DNA of 64,000 nt from Flammeovirgaceae bacterium UBA5008 (GCA_002398365.1 DGYK01000063.1:460813-524812), one strand, 5' to 3'. Positions 1 through 9,868 are shown, numbered from the stretch's first letter. Numbers and translations are program-made. The notes: generated by a model from the sequence alone, not told the origin.

Positions 1-731
1 TGCACAAAGCGCAGAATAGACCGAAAGCCTTTTGAATAAAGAGATTCTTCGGTGGCATCGGGCTCAACCAATTCATATTTCAACGGAAAGTTGGCTTTCA
101 GATAAGCTTCTAACTCAGCATCATCAGATGCATTGCCAAATTTTGGAATGGCCGTTTTAAATGATTTCACCTCCACCGAAAAAGTTTCATTCATTCGGCC
201 GGTGAAAGGATTGATTGTAATATCCATCTCCGGTAAATCGTTGATTAGAAAATTTTGCTTTTTGAGATTGCTCACAGCAAAACGATAAACCGTTCGAAGT
301 AATTCATTCAACGAAACATTCTCTTGTTTCCAGGCGACACTATTGGCATCAACCAAATCTTTCTTCCCATTAAAAGAACAGAAAATTAGCCGATACCCTT
401 TTTCATCTTTTTGGAACAGAATTAAAAATTTGATACCTCGGTTAGTGAGATAGCTCGCATAGGCCTTGCGCACATCATGACCCGCCAACATACGATGAAT
501 GTCAAAATAGGCTACCGCATCAATTCCCGTTTGTTGAAAGAAACTTTGGCACTCATCTAAATCTTTTTGTGGTATGGAGCTTTGAAACAAAACAACTGAT
601 CGGGTGGAAAGTAACTCAGCAGGAATGGAGGAAGCGTACGTGAGTCGAGCCAACAATTCCTTTTCTTCCAACGATTGGGCGAAAGCAGGGCTTACTAATA
701 ACAGAGCAAATAGAAAATAAAAGTAACGCAC
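1..731 (-). CDS. hypothetical secreted protein (C-terminal end runs off the window; GTG start)
   Basis: The minus-strand frame is open from the window edge up to GTG at 729-731, with an in-frame TAA at 735-737 just upstream. The N-terminus MRYFYFLFALLLLVSPAFAQS looks like a signal peptide. It is absent from the ORF track because the window edge truncates it. No family recognised. Confidence 0.5.
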   Translation of the reverse strand, partial: MRYFYFLFALLLVSPAFAQSLEEKELLARLTYASSIPAELLSTRSVVLFQSSIPQKDLDECQSFFQQTGIDAVAYFDIHRMLAGHDVRKAYASYLTNRGIKFLILFQKDEKGYRLIFCSFNGKKDLVDANSVAWKQENVSLNELLRTVYRFAVSNLKKQNFLINDLPEMDITINPFTGRMNETFSVEVKSFKTAIPKFGNASDDAELEAYLKANFPLKYELVEPDATEESLYSKGFRSILRFV

Positions 732-798
732 GAATTAATTTAATTGTGTAATTGAACGCAATATAACGACTACTATTGTTCTATAATCAAAATCTCCA

Positions 799-1119
799 TT
801 AAACGCCAATCCACAAACCATCTTCCCTTTCTTGAACAGGAAATATTTCCAAATCCCGGCATCGCTCACCGCATTCTCGACCTGTTTGGATGTTGAAGCG
901 ATAGCCATGCCACGGGCAAACAATTTCTCCCAAGTAATTGATGGATCCTTTATGCAGCGCTTCGCCATTGTGAGAACATTTGTTTTCAAATGCATAGAGA
1001 ACGTTTTGACGCAGCACAATGCAAATTACCTTTCCCCGCACTTCTATTCGGTGAGGTACATTTTCACGTAATTTAGATTGAACTTCTTCTTGCGAACTAA
1101 AAATCTTAATCCACTCCAT
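799..1119 (-). CDS. small Rieske [2Fe-2S] domain protein (NirD-like ferredoxin)
   Basis: Rieske ligand boxes CSHNGEAL (CxH) and CPWHGYRF (CxxH) are present. I prefer the ATG at 1119 (MEWIKIF...) over the TTG at 1176, which would nearly abut the divergent gene starting at 1184. Confidence 0.8.
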   Translation of the reverse strand: MEWIKIFSSQEEVQSKLRENVPHRIEVRGKVICIVLRQNVLYAFENKCSHNGEALHKGSINYLGEIVCPWHGYRFNIQTGRECGERCRDLEIFPVQEREDGLWIGV

Positions 1120-1125
1120 AAAAAT

Positions 1126-1133
1126 TAAGTTTG
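1126..1133 (+). promoter_or_regulatory. candidate Bacteroidota -7 promoter element (TAnnTTTG)
   Basis: TAAGTTTG matches the TAnnTTTG consensus of Bacteroidota primary-sigma promoters and lies about 50 nt upstream of the ATG at 1184. This is a motif match only. Confidence 0.25.
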
Positions 1134-1183
1134 GCGGGGCGCTTCTTTTATTTACCTTCAAGTCGATAACCCTCAAAATTACA

Positions 1184-2491
1184 ATGAAGAACCTTTACAT
1201 TCTCGTATTCACATTACTTGTTACCATCGGAACACAAGCTCAGGTTAATCCGAAGCTACAAGCTAAGCTAGACCTTCAGGCAAAGGAGATTGAAGAAAAG
1301 ATGATCGGTTGGCGCAGGCACTTGCACCAATATCCAGAGCTTTCCAATCGTGAAACAAAAACAGGTGCTTACATTGTAGCACACTTAAAGTCATTGGGCA
1401 TTGAAGTACAATACCCGGTAGCCAAAACGGGTGTGGTGGGAATTTTGAAGGGAGACAAACCCGGGCCGGTAATTGCACTCCGTGCCGATTTGGATGGCCT
1501 GCCTGTTACAGAACGTAGCGCGTTGCCTTTTGCATCTAAAGAAAAAGTTATTTTCAACGGACAAGAAACCGGAGTGATGCATGCCTGCGGCCACGATTCA
1601 CACATGGCGATGTTGATGGCCGTAGCGGAAATCTTATCAAAAAACAAAAGCGAATTGAAAGGCACGGTGAAGTTTTTCTTTCAACCCGCAGAAGAAGGTG
1701 GCTTGCCAAGTGATGGCATGTCGGGAGCAGAGTTGATGATCAAAGAAGGTGTGATGGAAAACCCGAAAGTAGATGTGGTGTTTGGTTTGCACATTCAATC
1801 GCTAACGCCCAGTGGAAAAATTGCATTGAAGCCGGAAGGATTGATGGCAGCGGTGGATGGTTTAAACATTAAAGTGAATGGCAAGGGAGCGCACGGTGCT
1901 ACTCCGTGGGATGGTGTTGATCCGATTATGATTTCGAGTCAAATTATTACCGGATTGCAAACTATAGTCAGTCGTCAGTCGGAATTGACGAAAGCCGGTG
2001 TTGTGATCACAATAGGAAGTATTCATTCCGGAAACAGAGGAAACATCATTCCGGAAACGGCTACGATGGAAGGAACCATCCGCACGTTTGATGTTTCCAT
2101 GCAGGCAAAAGTCCATGAAAAAATAAAACAGACCGTATCAAAAATTGCAGAGTCAGCCGGTGCTACTGCCGAAGCGAATATCAGCCGTGGCTACCCGGTC
2201 ACGTACAACGATCCAGCATTAACTGCGATGATGATGCCCAGTTTGCAACGTGCAGCAGGAAAAGAAAATGTAATTCCAACACCGGCCGTAACCATGGCTG
2301 AAGATTTTTCTTTCTTTCAGCAAAAAGTGCCTGGTGTGTTTTTCTTTCTCGGTGCCTACCCTACCGATGTAAAGTTGGAGAAGCAGCCCGTTCATCACAC
2401 CGCAGATTTTATGATTGACGAAAAATCATTTGTAACAGGTGTGAAAGCACTGCTCGCGCTGACTACAGATTATATGTATATGAAAAAATAA
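1184..2491 (+). CDS. M20D-family amidohydrolase (N-acyl-amino acid amidohydrolase / hippurate hydrolase-like), secreted
   Basis: It has the M20D metal-binding motif HACGHDSHMAML and the length expected for the family. The N-terminal signal peptide is MKNLYILVFTLLVTIGTQAQ. Confidence 0.85.
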   Translation: MKNLYILVFTLLVTIGTQAQVNPKLQAKLDLQAKEIEEKMIGWRRHLHQYPELSNRETKTGAYIVAHLKSLGIEVQYPVAKTGVVGILKGDKPGPVIALRADLDGLPVTERSALPFASKEKVIFNGQETGVMHACGHDSHMAMLMAVAEILSKNKSELKGTVKFFFQPAEEGGLPSDGMSGAELMIKEGVMENPKVDVVFGLHIQSLTPSGKIALKPEGLMAAVDGLNIKVNGKGAHGATPWDGVDPIMISSQIITGLQTIVSRQSELTKAGVVITIGSIHSGNRGNIIPETATMEGTIRTFDVSMQAKVHEKIKQTVSKIAESAGATAEANISRGYPVTYNDPALTAMMMPSLQRAAGKENVIPTPAVTMAEDFSFFQQKVPGVFFFLGAYPTDVKLEKQPVHHTADFMIDEKSFVTGVKALLALTTDYMYMKK

Positions 2492-2497
2492 TCGTCT

Positions 2498-3358
2498 ATG
2501 AAGTTTTTACTCTCTTTGGTTGTGTTGGTAAGCTCAGGTTTGTACGCCCAAACCGGCTCCGAAATTTTTCTTTTCGATTTACAGAGCAAGAAAGCGAAGC
2601 TCACACTTTCTAATCCAAAGAATATAACCAATCATACGGGCTACGACAATCAGCCGTCATTTCATTCGGAGAAACCACTGATTTATTATTCTTCATTCAA
2701 TGACGATGGCCGATCAGACATCAAAATTTTCAATTATAAAACTGGTGAGACGACTAATCTTACTAACACCTCAGAGAGAGAATATTCACCAACCCTTACA
2801 CCCGATAAGCAATTTATCTCTTGTATCATACAGCGCGATAATAATGCGCAGGATTTAGGGAAATATCCGGTGGAGGGCGGACAGCCATCCGTAATCATCG
2901 ATAACTTAATTGTTGGCTACCATGCGTGGATCGATGACACCCGATTGCTCCTTTTTGTTTTGGGTGAACCACAAACATTGAGACTATATGATACAAAAAC
3001 CAAAAGCGATAAAATTCTAGCAGAAAAAATTGGTCGGTCACTGCATGCAATTCCCGGCCAGAATGCGATGAGTTTTGTTCATAAAGTTTCTGACAGTGAG
3101 TGGATCATCAAACGATTTGATAAAACCACTGGAGCCATAACCGATATCGCGACAACGTTGCCCGGTCGGGAAGATTTGTGTTGGACACCTGATGGTAAAA
3201 TTATCATGAGTGATGGCTCAAAGATTTATTCGCTTGATCCAGCTAAAGAAAAGAAATGGCTCGAAATTCCAATGCCGTTAAACGAAAAAATCAAAGGCAT
3301 TACCCGATTGGCCATTAATAAAAAGGGAACTCAGTTGGCCGTGGTTGTGGCAGAGTAG
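2498..3358 (+). CDS. secreted TolB-like beta-propeller repeat protein
   Basis: It has a signal peptide (LVSSGLYAQ) and repeated 'YDNQPSF / EYSPTLTPD / WTPDG'-type WD40-like (TolB/PD40) segments. It starts 7 nt after the M20D gene, so co-transcription is likely. Confidence 0.55.
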   Translation: MKFLLSLVVLVSSGLYAQTGSEIFLFDLQSKKAKLTLSNPKNITNHTGYDNQPSFHSEKPLIYYSSFNDDGRSDIKIFNYKTGETTNLTNTSEREYSPTLTPDKQFISCIIQRDNNAQDLGKYPVEGGQPSVIIDNLIVGYHAWIDDTRLLLFVLGEPQTLRLYDTKTKSDKILAEKIGRSLHAIPGQNAMSFVHKVSDSEWIIKRFDKTTGAITDIATTLPGREDLCWTPDGKIIMSDGSKIYSLDPAKEKKWLEIPMPLNEKIKGITRLAINKKGTQLAVVVAE

Positions 3359-3377
3359 ATAGTTGAACTGGCAGATT

Positions 3378-4034
3378 TTACTTTTCGCAAAACGCTCCTT
3401 TCGCGATATACAGTTTTTTAAAATCCAACTCCAACAGACCTTCGCGAACAGCGGGGTCTTTCTCAACCGCCTCTTTGCTAAAGTCTCCTTTCACAATCCA
3501 GATGCCACCTTCGGTATCTCCGTAAGTTCCTTCCGCAATCGTATTGCCGTCTTTCATCAGTTCTTTCACATAGCGATCGTGTTTGCCAAATAACTCAGGC
3601 GCATCTTGGACGTTGAACTTCGCGATGTTGGGAATGAAACGCACGAATGAATACATCACCATTTGAAATGGCTCACTTGCTGTACAAATGCCACCAGCAC
3701 GAGGTGTGTATGTGAGCATCTCCAATCGCCAGCGATTTGCCTGAATGCCGGGATCGCCTTTAAGCCATTCTTCTACTTCAGCACGATTCGTGGTGTTGAA
3801 AACAAAAATTCCGCCACCGCCTTCAAAAGGTCCTGCCGCCAGCAACTTTCCTTCTTTAGCCATTTTGTTGATGTTGGCCATGTGGCCTTCCATTAGCTTA
3901 TCAACTTCTGCTTTGGGTAATTCAGGTAAATCAGTTCGTTTGTGAAGAAACACAAAAATGTGCGAGGTAGCCTTTTGAGCACAGAGAGAGCCACTGGTAG
4001 CCAGAAGCACGATCAAAATCAAAATTTTTTTCAT
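3378..4034 (-). CDS. secreted protein with two tandem YciI-like domains
   Basis: It has a signal peptide (LLATSGSLCAQ). Two segments fit the YciI pattern (...H..Y/N....G.....GP......G..I........E...DP). The first is 'MEGHMANINKMAKEGKLLAAGPFEGGGGIFVF...WLKGDPGI' and the second is 'FGKHDRYVKELMKDGNTIAEGTYGDTEGGIWIV...VEKDPAV'. Confidence 0.6.
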   Translation of the reverse strand: MKKILILIVLLATSGSLCAQKATSHIFVFLHKRTDLPELPKAEVDKLMEGHMANINKMAKEGKLLAAGPFEGGGGIFVFNTTNRAEVEEWLKGDPGIQANRWRLEMLTYTPRAGGICTASEPFQMVMYSFVRFIPNIAKFNVQDAPELFGKHDRYVKELMKDGNTIAEGTYGDTEGGIWIVKGDFSKEAVEKDPAVREGLLELDFKKLYIAKGAFCEK

Positions 4035-4123
4035 GTGTTAATAATTGCTTTTTAGGGGGCACATGGAATCGCTTGAGTTATCATCACATTGATTGTAGAA
4101 CTTCTTAATAGCGATTTCACAAC

Positions 4124-5044
4124 CTATTTTTGTTTGCCGATGATTAATACACCAACTAAGATCAGTAAAGTTCCGGCCAATTGCCAGAAGGTAATTGCCT
4201 CTCCTAAAAAAATATTAGCCAGAACAATAGTAGACACCGGGCCAACACTTCCTACAATGGCAGTGTTGTCCGATCCCATACGATTAATGGCGGCTGTAAC
4301 CAAATACGAAGGAATTACGGTAGAAAAAACAGCCATCAAGAAACTATAGACATACACCAGTGGAGGCAAATGAAACAGCGAGACATTGCTGAACAGAGCA
4401 AAATGTAAAAACACACCCACTGAAGCAAAGCTCATCGCGTAGCTATTAAATTTCGAAGCGCCTACTTGTGGAATCAATCGCCCGCTGCCAACAATATATG
4501 CAGCATAGGTAAAGGCACAAATGAAAATATACAAAGAGCCCAACAAGAAATTATTGTTTTGCGGTGCACTCCAATCGGTTTCACTGATGAATGCGACAGC
4601 AAGACCGACATACGTGATTGCCACCGCCAGCCACTGCAACGGTTTTATTTTCACTTTGAAAATTGCAGCCGACATTAGTAAAACCAGTGTGGGATAGACA
4701 AATAAAATCAGCCGCTCGATGCCAGCAGAAACATAGGCCAATCCGAGAAAGTCGAGCAAGCTGCTGATGTAATAACCCAAGCAACCAATGATGGCAATGT
4801 AAGCCCATTGGCGTGGAGTGAATTTGGTGTTGGTTGCTTTGCTCGAGGAAATGACAGCAGCACCTACAAAAAACGGAACAGAGAAAATCATGCGCCATGC
4901 GAGCAATGTCAGCGCATCGATCTGTGTATCGCGATAAGCAAGTTTTACAAAAATGGCTTTGGTGGAAAAACAAACGGCACCTAGCAGAGCCAATAAGATC
5001 CCTTGAACTAGCTGTTGATTCGATTTTATGGAAGCAGTTTTCAC
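4124..5044 (-). CDS. EamA/DMT-family transporter
   Basis: It is a 306-aa polytopic membrane protein of about 10 TM segments with a two-fold EamA-like internal repeat. The start is GTG at 5044. Confidence 0.8.
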   Translation of the reverse strand: MKTASIKSNQQLVQGILLALLGAVCFSTKAIFVKLAYRDTQIDALTLLAWRMIFSVPFFVGAAVISSSKATNTKFTPRQWAYIAIIGCLGYYISSLLDFLGLAYVSAGIERLILFVYPTLVLLMSAAIFKVKIKPLQWLAVAITYVGLAVAFISETDWSAPQNNNFLLGSLYIFICAFTYAAYIVGSGRLIPQVGASKFNSYAMSFASVGVFLHFALFSNVSLFHLPPLVYVYSFLMAVFSTVIPSYLVTAAINRMGSDNTAIVGSVGPVSTIVLANIFLGEAITFWQLAGTLLILVGVLIIGKQK

Positions 5045-5111
5045 AGATTGACAATTGATAGTTTAGAATTGGCAAACAATTCTGTGATTCTTTCCATTAC
5101 TAATTTACAAG

Positions 5112-8060
5112 TTAACTCATCAGCATCTCAATGTCTTCCCGTGTAAGCGACTTCACTACATTCTCTTCGTTTTGGATGAGATTTTCGGAGAGCTTGAGTT
5201 TATGTTTTTGTAGGGTTAGAATTTTTTCTTCTACCGTGTTGCGGGTGATGAATTTGTAGGTGAATACTTTTTTCTTCTGCCCAATGCGGTGAGCGCGGTC
5301 AGCTGCTTGTGCTTCGACTGCCGGGTTCCACCAAGGATCAAGGATAAACACATAATCGGCTTCGGTAAGATTTAATCCCAATCCACCCGCTTTGATTGAA
5401 ATTAAAAATACTTTCAGATCGGGATTTTTATTGAACTTCTCCACTTGCTCTTGGCGGTCAGTGCTCGATCCATCCAAATAAGCAAAAGGAATTTTTCGGT
5501 CTTTCAACATCTCCTTCATAATTTCCAGATGTTTCACAAACTGGCTAAATACTAAAAGCTTGTGGCCTTCCAGCAGCGCATTTTCAATCATGTGCGAAAC
5601 ATCTTCCAGCTTTCCGGATGAGCCCGTGTAATGGCTGTCCACCATTCGGGGATGGTTAGAGATCTGCCGCAGCTTGGTTAAGCCTTCTAATATTTGAATG
5701 CGCGAGCTTCCAATTCCTTCTTTGTCGATCAGCTCCAGAATTTTATGGCGATAGAATGATTTTACCTCTTCGTACTTCTGCTCTTGCTCGGCACTCATGT
5801 TGGTGTAGTAGATGTTCTCTACTTTCTCCGGCAAGTCAGTGGCTACCTGCGATTTTAATCTACGCAGCATGAATGGCCGAATAATTCCGTTAAGCTTTTT
5901 AGTTTTGGCCTCATCAGCTTTTTTCTCAATGGGCAATTGATATTCTTTCTTGAAGAATGTTTGGCCCCCCAGCAATCCCGGATTGATAAACGTCATCTGC
6001 GACCATAGATCGAGTGTGGTATTTTCCAACGGTGTTCCCGTCAGGGTCAATTTATATCTTGACTTTAATTGCATCACTGCTTTCGCAATGTTGGCCGTAG
6101 GGTTTTTAATCACCTGCGATTCGTCCAGAATGATGTAGTTGAAATAAAATTTATCCAATGCCTCAATATCCAAACGGGTAATACCATAAGAGGTGAGTAC
6201 TAAATCGTATTTGGTGAAGCGACTCACATCTTTATTGCGAAGTGTGCCTGTGTAGGTAAGAATTTTAAGATCAGGTGTAAACTTGGATGCTTCCATCTCC
6301 CAATTGTAGATGAGCGAAGTAGGCATTACTAACAAAGAAGTGCCAGCATTTCCTTTTTCTTTTTCAGATTGAAGCAGCGCCAATGTCTGCACGGTTTTTC
6401 CCAAACCCATGTCATCGGCCAGACATCCGCCCAAATGAAATTCATTTAGAAAACGAAGCCAATTATATCCTGCTTTCTGATACGGGCGCAGTGTGCCTTT
6501 GAATTCGGCAGGAAGTGCGTAGTCTTTGATGCCAGTGAATGATTGCAGATTGCGCAGGCGATCGCTCATTTGCACTTTGGCCAGATTGCCTTCTTCCAAT
6601 TCGCTCACCAGATTGATGTGGTGCTTTTTCAGCATTGGCTTTTCTTGTTCGCCATGCGTTTCGCTGAGGGCAAACAAATCGCCATACTTAATTAACCAAG
6701 CATCCGGAATGATCGCAATTTCGCCATTGGGTAATTTGAATTCTACCTTCTTTTTGAGAATGAGTTTACGCAGTTCTTTAAAGGAGATTTCATATTCACC
6801 AAACTTGATGCGCGCATGAATATCAAACCAGTCGATGTTTTCTTTTACTTCCAGCTCAATCACGGCCTTACCCACAAAATATTTTTTGTCGCGGTTTTCA
6901 GGTTGGCTCACTTCAAAACCAAGGTTGAGGAGATTGACTCGATTTTCGTTGAGCCACGAAAAAGCATGCGCTTTATCTACGGCACACCGAAATCCCCGTA
7001 AGGGCAAGCCTAACTTAATTAATGTTTGCGCTGATTTTTTTTCAGAATCCGTATTTCTCTTGATGCGATGGAAAACGTAGTCGTTGTCTTTTTTCTCAAC
7101 CGTAACACTTACCGGCCCAAAGGCATCGCCCCGAAATTTGTATTTGCCATAACGGAAAGAGAGATCGAATACAATTTTGCCGGCTTCATCGTCTGTGTTT
7201 TCGGCACCTTCGCCATCTTGACCAAATAAAGTGGGAACTGTTTTTTCACTCGCTGTGGGCAATTCTGAGATGGTGAGTAGCGGATGCGGATCGTGTTCGT
7301 GTTTGGCAATTTCAAAACCATGCGCTTCGATTTCGTCAAACGATGCAATGAGCGGAGCGACAAATCGATTGTAATAGGTTTCTTCTAAATTTTTTGGAAT
7401 AACTACGTGCTTCTTATTGAGGAAAGGCTGAAGTTTTTTACCATCCACAAATTTTTCAAATCCGTAGAGCTTGCCGTTGAAAACCATCCATGCCGGCAAT
7501 TTGCAAATAAGATATGCATTGGGGCTTGGAATTTCTACGCGCTTCCCATTGTGTGAAATAGTGGGGTAGTAATTTGTATTTTCTTCGCTTCGCTTAAAAT
7601 GAAATTGAATGGTGGCACGAGTTTCCAGCACTTCCAGTTTACGCCAGGTGGGTTCGCCATCGTTGCCCATTTCAAAAAGCATTTTTCCTTTCAGCTTATC
7701 GAGCACTTGTGCTCTGCGCTTTTCCATGTAAGCCTCAATTTGTTCTTGCAGCATTTCATCACCCTTTTCTTTGTGAAATACTTTGCTGAAAAACTCATCA
7801 GGCTTCATAATCTTTTTCGAGAAGTGTTTGAGCACCGCATCCTGATTCATGCTGTCCATCATCTCGATCAATTCAAAATCGCGTGTGTCCAATCCTTTCG
7901 AAAACTCGCGCGCGTTTTTCGAAGATATGTTTTGATGCTGGTAAGTCAGTTTACCTTTTTCATCCAAATGCACGATGAAGGACTCAAAAATATAGCCCAG
8001 ATACTCATGCTGATAAAGCGAGTAGATAATTTGAAAGGGTTGTGCTGCCGATACTTTCAT
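5112..8060 (-). CDS. SNF2-family helicase/ATPase with long N-terminal non-helicase region
   Basis: The helicase motifs are DDMGLGKT (I), DESQVIKN (II), LTGTPLEN (III) and GGLGLNLTEADYVFILDPWWNPAVEAQAADRAHRIGQ (V/VI). The first ~540 residues lack helicase motifs. Confidence 0.9.
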   Translation of the reverse strand: MKVSAAQPFQIIYSLYQHEYLGYIFESFIVHLDEKGKLTYQHQNISSKNAREFSKGLDTRDFELIEMMDSMNQDAVLKHFSKKIMKPDEFFSKVFHKEKGDEMLQEQIEAYMEKRRAQVLDKLKGKMLFEMGNDGEPTWRKLEVLETRATIQFHFKRSEENTNYYPTISHNGKRVEIPSPNAYLICKLPAWMVFNGKLYGFEKFVDGKKLQPFLNKKHVVIPKNLEETYYNRFVAPLIASFDEIEAHGFEIAKHEHDPHPLLTISELPTASEKTVPTLFGQDGEGAENTDDEAGKIVFDLSFRYGKYKFRGDAFGPVSVTVEKKDNDYVFHRIKRNTDSEKKSAQTLIKLGLPLRGFRCAVDKAHAFSWLNENRVNLLNLGFEVSQPENRDKKYFVGKAVIELEVKENIDWFDIHARIKFGEYEISFKELRKLILKKKVEFKLPNGEIAIIPDAWLIKYGDLFALSETHGEQEKPMLKKHHINLVSELEEGNLAKVQMSDRLRNLQSFTGIKDYALPAEFKGTLRPYQKAGYNWLRFLNEFHLGGCLADDMGLGKTVQTLALLQSEKEKGNAGTSLLVMPTSLIYNWEMEASKFTPDLKILTYTGTLRNKDVSRFTKYDLVLTSYGITRLDIEALDKFYFNYIILDESQVIKNPTANIAKAVMQLKSRYKLTLTGTPLENTTLDLWSQMTFINPGLLGGQTFFKKEYQLPIEKKADEAKTKKLNGIIRPFMLRRLKSQVATDLPEKVENIYYTNMSAEQEQKYEEVKSFYRHKILELIDKEGIGSSRIQILEGLTKLRQISNHPRMVDSHYTGSSGKLEDVSHMIENALLEGHKLLVFSQFVKHLEIMKEMLKDRKIPFAYLDGSSTDRQEQVEKFNKNPDLKVFLISIKAGGLGLNLTEADYVFILDPWWNPAVEAQAADRAHRIGQKKKVFTYKFITRNTVEEKILTLQKHKLKLSENLIQNEENVVKSLTREDIEMLMS

Positions 8061-8214
8061 TTTAAAAATCCCTGTTCTAACATTAAAAAGATTGCTAAAA
8101 GCAGCTCAAGGAACCGTTTTTAGAAAATTTCAGACCAAGGGGACTTGCAAAGTAGCGATTCTATGCCAAATTTTTTTTCACTTTTTGAACCAGAACCTAC
8201 ATGTTCATTACATG

Positions 8215-9432
8215 CTACAGCTCTTTGGCAGTGAATGATTTAGCGGCAACCGAAGCCGGATAGAAGGAAATGATGAAGGTAATGGTAATGATGACTACAG
8301 AAATGGATACAAAATCCAGTGGATTAAGGCGGACGGGATAATTGGCAACCAACGCATTTTCCATGCCCATACCGACCAGACCAAAATGATCCTGCAGCCA
8401 GCAAATGGCGCCTCCAAAGACCAAGCCAATCCCTGCTCCGATAAAGGCGATCAGTGCCCCTTCAGTTAAAAAGATGTTTCTAACCAATTTGGGACTTGCC
8501 CCAACTGCAGATAAAATGGCAATGTCTTTTTTCTTATCGATCACGAGCATCATGAGCGAGAAAAAGATGTTGATGGAAGCAACTACGATTAAAAGCGTTA
8601 ATGCCAGAAACGTAAAGAGCTTTTCCATTTTTAAAAGTTTATAGATGTCTTTGTGCTGCTGTTCATTTGTCAGAACAGAAAAACGCTCCCCTAAAAGTTG
8701 TTGCAATTTTTGTTGAACGCTCGCGGTGGCTGACTTTGTTTTTATTTCCAGACTGGTGCGCTTGTTACCATAATCCAGCAAGTCAATGGCAAAATCAAGT
8801 GGTAAAAAGATATAGTTATCGTCATAATTTTTTTCAATCGAGAATACACTTCCCGGCTCGATGTCTCTGCGAGCATAAAGTTTGCTGATATCCAATGTGG
8901 AGGCTTTTACATTTTTGATGTAGTAGACTTGAAGCGGATAGATGTTGTTTTCAACCCCAATGCTTAGCGCATATTGAACGCCTCTTCCTACAATGGCATA
9001 GTTGATGCCGTTTTCGCGCAAGCGCAATTTCCCATCTACGATATGGCCATCCAGGCGGTGTTGATCGAGAAAATTGTCACTGTATCCTTTAATGGTGACA
9101 ACAATGTCCGCATCGCGATAGCGCACGAGGGCATAATCTTCAATTACTTCGGTTACCGTTTCTACACCTTCTACGGCTTTGATTTGTTGAAGAAACAGAG
9201 AGTCGACTTCAAATGACTTGCCTTTGATGGCTTCAATTTTAATTTCAGGATCAAACGCAGTGTTCAATGATCGCAGTAAATCCCCCAACCCGTTAAAAAC
9301 CGAAAGCACGATAATGAGTGCGGCAGTCGCCATAGCCACGGCAATCATCGAAAGAATAGAAATAATGTTAATGAAGTTCTTCTTCCGTGTGGATAGAAAA
9401 TATCGTTTTGCTATGAAAAGGGAAAGGTTCAA
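8215..9432 (-). CDS. LolC/LolE-type FtsX-family permease (lipoprotein-releasing system-like)
   Basis: The N-terminus MNLSLFIAKRYFLSTRKKNFINIISILSMIAV is typical of LolC/E. A large periplasmic loop and a C-terminal FtsX 3-TM bundle follow. It lies next to rbfA, as is common in Bacteroidota. Confidence 0.8.
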   Translation of the reverse strand: MNLSLFIAKRYFLSTRKKNFINIISILSMIAVAMATAALIIVLSVFNGLGDLLRSLNTAFDPEIKIEAIKGKSFEVDSLFLQQIKAVEGVETVTEVIEDYALVRYRDADIVVTIKGYSDNFLDQHRLDGHIVDGKLRLRENGINYAIVGRGVQYALSIGVENNIYPLQVYYIKNVKASTLDISKLYARRDIEPGSVFSIEKNYDDNYIFLPLDFAIDLLDYGNKRTSLEIKTKSATASVQQKLQQLLGERFSVLTNEQQHKDIYKLLKMEKLFTFLALTLLIVVASINIFFSLMMLVIDKKKDIAILSAVGASPKLVRNIFLTEGALIAFIGAGIGLVFGGAICWLQDHFGLVGMGMENALVANYPVRLNPLDFVSISVVIITITFIISFYPASVAAKSFTAKEL

Positions 9433-9455
9433 GGGACACGGAAGATGAAGGTGGC

Positions 9456-9824
9456 TTAATTCTTGTCTTCTTTCGGAATGTTCAGATTTTTAATGATGTC
9501 TTCAATACGCTGGGCGCCTTCTTCCACTTCGTCAATGTAAAAGACTAATTGCGGCACAATTCGGGCTTGGTTGCGAATTTTGTTGCCGAGGGCTTTGCGT
9601 ATTTCACTCTTCTTCAGGTTGATTTTATCAAGGATGCCTTGTTTATCTTTTGCCAATGTCATGCTCAGATAAATTTTGGCGACACTCAAATCGGGGCTCA
9701 TGCGTACATCGGCCACAGTAATGAAGGCATTGTCTAAGAAATTCGTCTTTTCCTTCAAAAAAATGTCGCTTAGTTCTTTTAGAATTAGCTTGCTGTATTT
9801 TTGCTGCCGTACGGTTCCACTCAT
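9456..9824 (-). CDS. rbfA: ribosome-binding factor A
   Basis: The sequence MSGTVRQQKYSKLILKELSDIFLKE...VADVRMSPDLSVAKIYLS is typical of RbfA. I use the ATG at 9824 rather than the upstream ATG at 9851. Confidence 0.85.
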   Translation of the reverse strand: MSGTVRQQKYSKLILKELSDIFLKEKTNFLDNAFITVADVRMSPDLSVAKIYLSMTLAKDKQGILDKINLKKSEIRKALGNKIRNQARIVPQLVFYIDEVEEGAQRIEDIIKNLNIPKEDKN

Positions 9825-9868
9825 AAAGTAAAAGTACAGAATGTCAATCACACTATTTTTGATTTTAT

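Noticed and set aside
735-1071. ORFs 735..1019 (-) and 832..1071 (+) overlapping the Rieske gene
   Set aside because: The Rieske frame carries both [2Fe-2S] ligand boxes. The overlapping frames have no recognisable features.
4581-5075. 164-aa ORF overlapping the EamA transporter gene in another frame
   Set aside because: The composition is Cys/His/Arg-rich and low-complexity, typical of an off-frame shadow ORF. The EamA frame gives a coherent 10-TM protein.
5112-8060. SNF2 helicase as part of a DISARM-, Zorya- or BREX-like defence system
   Set aside because: No methyltransferase, DUF1998-type, nuclease, or MotAB-like partner genes flank it. The neighbours are lolE/rbfA and an EamA transporter in a housekeeping string.
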